DNA of 64,000 nt. It comes from Acidimicrobiia bacterium (GTDB lineage Bacteria > Actinomycetota > Acidimicrobiia > Spongiisociales > Spongiisociaceae). The position numbers and the translations under genes are program-made. Where the stretch lies: assembly GCA_041576165.1 (NCBI GenBank), contig JBFGLM010000013.1, positions 1-64,000 on the forward strand. Reading direction: 5' to 3'. Shown piece after piece: positions 57,597 to 64,000 of this stretch. Numbering within the stretch: position 1 is the first letter of the stretch; each line of letters begins with the position of its first letter. The notes under the pieces are model-generated. The model searched no databases. It saw nothing but the letters and a program-made list of their open reading frames with translations, and had not been told where the DNA came from.

Positions 57597-58301
57597 GTGG
57601 ATATCCAGGATCGCAGTGAATTCAAGCGCCAGATGGTCGACGCCCTGACGATCGACCCGGCTCGGACCGTCGCGTTGACTGTGGATATGCAGCGCGAGTA
57701 TCTCGACGAGAGTGTCGGCCAGTCAGTCGTCGAGCCCGCCGAGGCCGAACGCGTCCTGGCCACGGCCAAGCATCACCTGGACCTGTGCCGAAGCATCGGT
57801 GTACCCGTCGTCCACGCCTACGTGACACGCCGTCCGGAGGAGCTCGCCGCAGGCATTCACACAGGCGGCCTCGCCTACAACATCGTCGGCCGCCAGATCG
57901 AGGCTTCGCAACTCCCCCACCGCCCAGTCCGGACTAGCGGCGACCGCGAGGTCGGATCCCCCGAGTCCAATGTACCGGCGGAACTGGTGGCGCCATCCGA
58001 CGTACACGTGACCACCAAGAAAAGCCTCGACTCATTCGCACACACGGACCTGGATTTCCTGCTTCGACGGGCACTCGGTGCGCAGTACCTGCTCATCTCG
58101 GGCATCAACACCGACACCTGTGTGTACTCCACAACATTCACCGCAGCCAACCTGGGGTACTGGCCGATCGTCGTCTCCGACTGCGTGGCCAGCATGCGAG
58201 GCCGCGACAGCCACGAGATGGCGCTCGAGCTGATGGCACGGTCGATCGCTTGGGTCATGTCATCTGACGAAGTGCACCAACGCCTCGCGCCGCCGGCGTG
58301 A
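57597..58301 (+). CDS. Isochorismatase-family cysteine hydrolase
   Basis: AGGAGG RBS; VDMQ, K..DSF..TDL, GINTDTCV. Confidence 0.88.
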   Translation: MDIQDRSEFKRQMVDALTIDPARTVALTVDMQREYLDESVGQSVVEPAEAERVLATAKHHLDLCRSIGVPVVHAYVTRRPEELAAGIHTGGLAYNIVGRQIEASQLPHRPVRTSGDREVGSPESNVPAELVAPSDVHVTTKKSLDSFAHTDLDFLLRRALGAQYLLISGINTDTCVYSTTFTAANLGYWPIVVSDCVASMRGRDSHEMALELMARSIAWVMSSDEVHQRLAPPA

Positions 58302-58319
58302 ACCATCGACGAGCGGCGG

Positions 58320-59033
58320 TCAGCTAGGCCGGCGCTTGGCCAACTCGGGGATGCCGGTAATCTTGTCGTCGTCTAGATGGTCCCACAGCACCCCGGCCGG
58401 GCGGGATAGCCTTCCGTCGGTCGTGATGGATTCCGCTGGTGTGACCACGAGGTCGACCGGGAAATCGTGTTCCGTGACCGGGATCCGGCCCGCCTCCAGC
58501 ACCTGGACGGGGTGAACGGTGGTGGCAGTCACCGTGCGATCGGTGACCAGACCCGCGTCCATCGCAAAGGCGAACTCCAGATCAGAGAACCCGCCGCCCT
58601 TCCCGAGTCGCGCTCCGGTTCGATCCACCGCCACCGAGCCGCACACCACCAGATCGAGGTGGCCGATCGCAGCCACTTCCACCGGCTCCCCGTGAATGGC
58701 GGCGCCTTTGATCGAGCACGCAGCTCGAGGCGGCACGGTCAGCTTGTCGGGATCCAGACGCCAGAACGGGCGGTCGGATGCCAGTCGAGGGACGGCCATG
58801 TAGACCGTCTTGCCGTCTTGCAACGCCCGGGTGCGCACCGGCCACTGCGGCGAATCCGGGTTGGCTTTGATCGCGCTGGCCCGCTCCCATGCGTCGGTTT
58901 CGGCGAGACGGCCGGCCGCCTCCTCGGCGCCGACGAAGTTCGGGATGCGCCCGGCAATCCCGGGGAAGCGCCCGACCCCAGCGACTCGAATTGCCTCCCA
59001 CACTTCGGCGCGGAGATCCTGTTTCGTCGTCAT
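58320..59033 (-). CDS. 5-formyltetrahydrofolate cyclo-ligase family protein (MTHFSD-like)
   Basis: RIPNFVGA, KANPDSPQ, GSVAV, RLGKGGGFSDLE, HDFPVD. Confidence 0.9.
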   Translation of the reverse strand: MTTKQDLRAEVWEAIRVAGVGRFPGIAGRIPNFVGAEEAAGRLAETDAWERASAIKANPDSPQWPVRTRALQDGKTVYMAVPRLASDRPFWRLDPDKLTVPPRAACSIKGAAIHGEPVEVAAIGHLDLVVCGSVAVDRTGARLGKGGGFSDLEFAFAMDAGLVTDRTVTATTVHPVQVLEAGRIPVTEHDFPVDLVVTPAESITTDGRLSRPAGVLWDHLDDDKITGIPELAKRRPS

Positions 59034-59191
59034 CCGCCCGACCGGAACACCACGACCGGCAACCGCACCATGCCGACGTGGATCATGCGGGACCGGGGTT
59101 GTCGCGGCACGGACAGCGGCCGCCGTCCGGACCGGTCGCAGGGAAAGGACCCGGTCGGCGCATCGCACATCCAGCAGTAGCCGCCAGTCAC
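59030..59191 (-). CDS. Small 53-aa Cys-containing protein
   Basis: TAGCGT-N7-GTG; CWMC...CDRS; ATGA overlap with the next gene. Confidence 0.5.
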   Translation of the reverse strand: MTGGYCWMCDAPTGSFPCDRSGRRPLSVPRQPRSRMIHVGMVRLPVVVFRSGG

Positions 59192-59337
59192 GGCCGGAAC
59201 GCTACTCCCGCTCGCAGTCGCCAGGGTGCGGCCGTCTTCCTGAAGCACGGGTCGTGACTGCGGGCGGTTTACACTCGCTCGGGAACGGCCGGGGTCCGCG
59301 CTGGACCGCCGCGCGAGGATCAAGACATCAGGGCGGA

Positions 59338-60813
59338 ATGAAACGACCATCTCCCAGCGAGCCGGCGAGCGCAGCCGGCGACCACCAGCCCGTGGACATC
59401 CAACGTCCGGGGGAAGCCTGCGGCGTGTTCGGCGTGTACGTGCCCCAGTCTGACCAGGCGGCCAACCTGATCTACTTCGGGCTCTTCGCTCTCCAGCACC
59501 GCGGCCAGGAGTGTGCGGGAATCGCGACCTCTGATGGTGAAACGGTGACGGTCACCAAGAACATGGGTCTCGTCGCTCAGGTGTTCGACGAGGCCATTCT
59601 TGCCGGCCAGCCGGGCCACCTGGGCATCGGGCACACCCGCTATTCCACGACCGGCTCGAATCGCTGGGAGAACGCCCAGCCGGTCTATCGCCACATCGGC
59701 ACCACCGGCCTGGCGTTGGGCCACAACGGCAACCTGACGAACACGGCGGCGCTCGCCCACCGCTACGGAGAACAGCTCGGCTCGTCCGATAGCGAGTTGA
59801 TGCTCGAGGCGATCGCCCGGCGTTTCCAGGACGGCCGATCGGACGGCCGAGGTCTGGAACGAGCATTGCTCAAAGCGTTGCCCGAGTTCCAGGGGGCGTT
59901 CTCACTCGTGGTGATGGACCAGGGGCACCTGGTCGGGGTACGCGACCCTCATGGCTTCCGGCCCTTGTGCGTCGGCCGCGTCGACGGTGCTGGCTGGGTG
60001 CTGGCCTCTGAAACGGCAGCGCTCGACATCATCGGCGCTGAGTTCGTGCGAGAGGTTGAAGCGGGCGAGATGGTGGTCATCGATGCCATCGGTTTGCGTA
60101 GCCTGCGGCCATTCCCACCCGATGAGCCGGCTCTATGCGTGTTCGAGTTTGTGTACTTCGCTCGGCCGGACTCCAACCTGTACGGACGCAGCGTCCACAG
60201 CGCCCGCCTCCGGATGGGCCGGACGCTGGCCCAAGAGGCGCCCATCGATGCCGACGTCGTGGTGCCGGTGCCCGAGTCGGGGATTCCGGCCGCACAGGGC
60301 TTCTCGGCCCATTCGGGCATCCCGTATGTGGATGGACTGGTCAAGAATCGATACGTGGGCCGCACTTTCATCCAACCGCTGCAGATGCTGCGCGACCGTG
60401 GCATCCGGATGAAACTGAACCCGATCCCTGCGACCCTGGAGGGCAGACGGGTGGTGCTGGTGGACGACTCGATCGTGCGGGGGACCACGACTCGCAAGCT
60501 GGTGGAGATGGTGCGTGATGCCGGCGCCACCGAGGTGCATCTGCGGATCTCCTCGCCGCCGTACCGCTGGCCGTGCTTCTACGGCATGGACACCACCGAT
60601 CGGTCACAACTCCTGGCCGCCGAGCGCACAGTGGACGAGGTGTGCGAGTTCGTGGGAGCCGATTCTTTGGCCTACCTGTCGCTGTCCGGCCTCGAACAGG
60701 CCACCGGAGCCGCCGACGCCGGCTTCTGCTCCGCGTGTCTGTCGGGCACCTACCCGACAGACGTTCCACCTGAACTCTCCAAGGCCGTCCTCGAGGGACA
60801 GCCGCAGGGCTGA
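59338..60813 (+). CDS. purF: Amidophosphoribosyltransferase
   Basis: EACGVFG, LQHRGQE, GHTRYST, HNGN, VDDSIVRGTT, CFYGMD. Confidence 0.97.
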   Translation: MKRPSPSEPASAAGDHQPVDIQRPGEACGVFGVYVPQSDQAANLIYFGLFALQHRGQECAGIATSDGETVTVTKNMGLVAQVFDEAILAGQPGHLGIGHTRYSTTGSNRWENAQPVYRHIGTTGLALGHNGNLTNTAALAHRYGEQLGSSDSELMLEAIARRFQDGRSDGRGLERALLKALPEFQGAFSLVVMDQGHLVGVRDPHGFRPLCVGRVDGAGWVLASETAALDIIGAEFVREVEAGEMVVIDAIGLRSLRPFPPDEPALCVFEFVYFARPDSNLYGRSVHSARLRMGRTLAQEAPIDADVVVPVPESGIPAAQGFSAHSGIPYVDGLVKNRYVGRTFIQPLQMLRDRGIRMKLNPIPATLEGRRVVLVDDSIVRGTTTRKLVEMVRDAGATEVHLRISSPPYRWPCFYGMDTTDRSQLLAAERTVDEVCEFVGADSLAYLSLSGLEQATGAADAGFCSACLSGTYPTDVPPELSKAVLEGQPQG

Positions 60814-60817
60814 CGCG

Positions 60818-61861
60818 ATGAGTGAGGCCTACCGGGCAGCTGGAGTCGACATTGCGGAAGCCGAGGCACTCGTGGAGGAACTCCGGTCCACCGTGATGGC
60901 CACGTGGGGCCCCAACGTGGTAGGGGGCTTCGGCGGCTTCGCCGGGGCCTTTCGGATACCGCCGGGCTACACCAATCCGGTACTCATGATGACGACCGAC
61001 GGCGTCGGTACCAAGCTCGATCTGGCACGGCGGGCCGATCGGTTCGACGGGGTCGGGTGGGACCTGGTTGCGATGTGCGTGGATGATCTCGCTGCGGCCG
61101 GCGCGGCCCCGCTCGCCTTCACCGACTACCTGGCCGTCGGGTCGATTCGCCGCAGCCGCGACGCGGCGATCGTTGCGTCCATCGCCGCTGCCTGCCAGAC
61201 CGCCGGATGTGCACTGGTCGGAGGCGAAACCGCCGAACATCCGGGGACCATGCCCGCTGATGCGTTCGACCTGGCCGGGGCGGCAGTGGGCGTTGCGGAG
61301 GAAGGCCGGATGGTGACCGGCCAGGCGGTGGTTCCGGGTGATCTGGTCTTGGGCATCGCCTCGCCCAACCTCAGGTCCAACGGGTTCTCGCTCGTCCGAC
61401 GGGTGATCGGCGACCGAGATCTCACAGCAAGATTCCCGGGCGACGACCGCACCATCGCCGAAGTGTTGCTGGAGCCGTCCGTGATCTACGCACCGGCGGT
61501 GCTCGAAGCAGTCGCCACCGAGGGCGTCAAGGGTCTCGCTCACATCACCGGTGGGGGCCTGGCCGCCAACCTCCCACGGGCGCTCCCGGCCGGGATGACC
61601 GCGGTGCTCGACCGGTCGAGCTGGACACCGCCGCCCGTGTTCGGCACGCTGCAGGAAATGGGCGACCTCGACGCCAATGACATGTATTCGGTCTTCAACA
61701 TGGGTGTTGGATTCACGGTCGTTGCGTCCCCCCGGCGCCGGGACGTCGTCAGTGCAGCGTTGGCCGCCCACGGCCACGAGGTTGCTGTGATCGGGGAGAT
61801 CATTGCCGGTGAGGGCGGGGTGCGGTGGTCCGGCGGGCATCCCGGGGGCGCAGGGCACTGA
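60818..61861 (+). CDS. purM: AIR synthase
   Basis: YRAAGVDI, TDGVGTK, GGETAEHPG, HITGGG, FNMGVG. Confidence 0.96.
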   Translation: MSEAYRAAGVDIAEAEALVEELRSTVMATWGPNVVGGFGGFAGAFRIPPGYTNPVLMMTTDGVGTKLDLARRADRFDGVGWDLVAMCVDDLAAAGAAPLAFTDYLAVGSIRRSRDAAIVASIAAACQTAGCALVGGETAEHPGTMPADAFDLAGAAVGVAEEGRMVTGQAVVPGDLVLGIASPNLRSNGFSLVRRVIGDRDLTARFPGDDRTIAEVLLEPSVIYAPAVLEAVATEGVKGLAHITGGGLAANLPRALPAGMTAVLDRSSWTPPPVFGTLQEMGDLDANDMYSVFNMGVGFTVVASPRRRDVVSAALAAHGHEVAVIGEIIAGEGGVRWSGGHPGGAGH

Positions 61862-61902
61862 TCCGCTCAGCCTTTGCCGCCTCCGAGCCGAAACAACCAA
61901 CG

Positions 61903-64000
61903 GTGACCAGGTCTCGTCTTCTCATAGGCTCTCTCGTGGCGGCACTCCTTGCGTCTGCCTGCACTCGGGACCGAGTGGACGCTGTCCCAGTCACGGCGGC
62001 AACGTCTCCGCCGACTACCCAGGCCAGCACCACTACCGCCACAGAGCCGCTGGCCGATCCCCACGGCCTCAACCGGCGGACTGCACCGCCGTACGACCCC
62101 GTCGACTGGTATCTGAGCCATGGACTCCTCACCGCCGACGAGGTCGCCATTCCGACCCGCCCGCGCGCCAACGTCGGCGACACTGAGATTTTTCGCGTGG
62201 CGGACGAGTTTGGTGTAGCCGAGGTCGAGGCCGAACTCGTGCACGCAACCGGGACCGTGGCGATGTGGGTTGAAGCCGGCGCACCTTTGGAAGTGTCGGA
62301 ATACGAGTACGCCGCCACGGTGCTCACCGAAGACATCCTGCCGACGCTCACTGATGTGTTCGGCCCGGTACCTTCGCCGGGAGTCGACGGAGACGATCGG
62401 ATCGATGTCTTGCACCTCACCACACTCGGGCCGACCGCCGGCGAGTTCGGCGCAGCCGATCTGCTGCCGGTGGCAATTGCGCCAGAATCCAACGAGCGCG
62501 AGCTGCTCTACATCAGCCTGGAGGCAACAACCGTCGGGTCGGAGTACTACCTGGCCACCTTGGCGCACGAGTTGCAGCACCTCATCGACACCGGCCAGCG
62601 CTCCAACACGCCTTTGTGGCTGGCCGAGGGGTTGGCGCAGCTGGCCGAGCGTATGGCCGGCTACGACGCCATTCGCACCGACACCGAGTTCCTTTCCACG
62701 ACGCCCGTCCAGCTCAACACCTGGGGTCCGCTGCAGCTCGATGGACGCCACTACGGCGCGGCCTATCTCTTCTCTCTGTATTTGTGGGAGCGATTCGGGG
62801 ACGAGGTGGCGACTGCCATTGCCACGACCCGCTACGACGGTATGGCGGCGGTAGATGCGGCTCTGGCCGACCGCGGGACCAACGTGCAGGCGCTCTTTGG
62901 GGATTGGATCGTGGCGAACTATCTCGACGATCCCCAGCTCGATCCCAGATTCGGGTACAGCTCCGACGCGTTGCGGCCCATTTGCCCAGTGGATCGTATC
63001 GAGGCACTGCCGCACGCTGTGACCGGCCAGAGCGACCAGTTCGCAGCTCGCTATCACGTGCTCGAAGGGTCGGGCGATGTAACGGTTCGCTTTGCCGGGG
63101 CTGAAACGGCGGGCCCGATCCCCGATCTGCCCCATCGCGGACTGTGGATGTGGTGGTCGGGCCGTTCGGACAACTCCGCCACGAGTCTCACGCGCTCCTT
63201 CGACCTCTCGGGCCTGACCGAGGCCAGTTTGGAGTTTCGGATCTGGCACGACACCGGTTTGGGAGACAACGCGCTCGTCTCGGCGTCGGTGGACCAGGGA
63301 CGTACGTGGACGGCCCTCGAGGGCCGTCACACTTCGCCCCCCACGCCGACCTTTCCCGTCCCCTCGTATACCGGCACCTCCGGGCGCGGCGAGGAACCGG
63401 TTTGGGTGGGAGATCGCATGGATCTCACTGCATATGCCGGGGGCGAGGTCATGATCCGCTTCGAGTACATCACCGACCTGTTCGAGAACCGGGCCGGGAT
63501 GGCACTGGACGAGATCGAGGTCCCCGAACTCGGTTTCCGAGACGGGGGCGAGGAAGAAACCGACTGGGTGGCCGAAGGCTTCACCCGCATCCCCGGCACT
63601 CTCGAGCAGCCATGGATCGTCCGGGTCGTGAATCCGGCAGATCCCAGTGTTGTCAGCGACGTGGCATTGGAGCAGGCTCGCGGGTCGATTCCGGTGAGCC
63701 TCACTGCGGGCACGCCGGCCGCGATTGTCGTAGCGCCTGTGGCCCTGGCGACGGCAGTGCCAACGAGTTACGAGCTGACAGTCGATGGCGGCGCCACGCT
63801 CGTTCAAACCGGAAGCAACGTTGACGAGTTCGGTGATCCGTGTGCCGGCTGGGATCTCGAAACCCAGGGCGACTATGCGCTCCGCCTCGATGACGGCCGT
63901 CTGGCCATCGACCTCATGGAAGATCAGGTCTTCACGTGGTCGGCGCGGGAGGGATACCGCGAGGACTCGGTCGTGACCGCCACGACCCAGTTTGGAGACG
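61903..64000 (+). CDS. Lipoprotein zinc metallopeptidase (immune inhibitor A / M30-like), 3'-truncated; missing from the ORF track
   Basis: Manual translation: MTRSRLLIGSLVAALLASAC..., PGVDGDDRI, SNERELLY, LAHELQHLI, WLAEGLAQ, DLTAYAG..V.IRFEYITD; I saw no stop before the window end. Confidence 0.85.
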   Translation, partial: MTRSRLLIGSLVAALLASACTRDRVDAVPVTAATSPPTTQASTTTATEPLADPHGLNRRTAPPYDPVDWYLSHGLLTADEVAIPTRPRANVGDTEIFRVADEFGVAEVEAELVHATGTVAMWVEAGAPLEVSEYEYAATVLTEDILPTLTDVFGPVPSPGVDGDDRIDVLHLTTLGPTAGEFGAADLLPVAIAPESNERELLYISLEATTVGSEYYLATLAHELQHLIDTGQRSNTPLWLAEGLAQLAERMAGYDAIRTDTEFLSTTPVQLNTWGPLQLDGRHYGAAYLFSLYLWERFGDEVATAIATTRYDGMAAVDAALADRGTNVQALFGDWIVANYLDDPQLDPRFGYSSDALRPICPVDRIEALPHAVTGQSDQFAARYHVLEGSGDVTVRFAGAETAGPIPDLPHRGLWMWWSGRSDNSATSLTRSFDLSGLTEASLEFRIWHDTGLGDNALVSASVDQGRTWTALEGRHTSPPTPTFPVPSYTGTSGRGEEPVWVGDRMDLTAYAGGEVMIRFEYITDLFENRAGMALDEIEVPELGFRDGGEEETDWVAEGFTRIPGTLEQPWIVRVVNPADPSVVSDVALEQARGSIPVSLTAGTPAAIVVAPVALATAVPTSYELTVDGGATLVQTGSNVDEFGDPCAGWDLETQGDYALRLDDGRLAIDLMEDQVFTWSAREGYREDSVVTATTQFGD

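Noticed and set aside
59249-59320. ZTP (pfl) riboswitch-like start GGGTCGTGACTG...GGAACGGCC upstream of purF
   Set aside because: It lacks the GACUGGCG junction and the 3' CGCCUGGGC hairpin needed for the pseudoknot, and a TACACT -10 candidate lies inside it. An Infernal search with the Rfam pfl model would settle it.
60368-61900. 510-aa minus-strand ORF, and the many similar long overlapping ORFs across the window
   Set aside because: Shadow ORFs of real genes (here purF/purM), expected at high GC; no motifs
61867-63807. 646-aa minus-strand ORF
   Set aside because: Antisense shadow of the + strand metallopeptidase lipoprotein starting at 61903
1-64000. CRISPR arrays, rRNA, tRNA, IS elements, prophage genes
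   Set aside because: No regularly spaced repeats, RNA-gene signatures, or transposase, integrase or phage motifs seen by eye

Overview
High-GC bacterial chromosomal DNA, most consistent with an actinobacterium, probably Acidimicrobiia (inferred from DUF3039, DevR/DevS-type regulators, Cys-containing SLH repeats and many leaderless genes). I found no rRNA, tRNA, CRISPR array or transposase. Contents in order: the end of a TPR/TRAF-binding-like plus SLOG-like gene pair; PFOR (nifJ) coupled to a DHOD-like flavoprotein; a roughly 12-kb sulfur island (Tat-less molybdopterin oxidoreductase, 4Fe-4S/NrfD fusion, MBL-rhodanese, SulP, and what looks like a sulfoquinovose monooxygenase pathway made of SmoC/SquD-like, SmoB/SquF-like and GH188-like genes); an SF1 helicase-nuclease; a sugar ABC transporter with a GHMP kinase; a DosR/DevR-like hypoxia module with tandem DosR boxes; a pseudo-histidine kinase; a REC-HEAT-GT2 operon; and the pur cluster, interrupted by a nitroreductase flanked by inverted ~60-bp repeats. 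The best candidate for an undescribed system is sulfoquinovose desulfonation coupled to membrane-bound sulfite/sulfane-sulfur processing. All family calls come from motif recognition by eye, not database searches.
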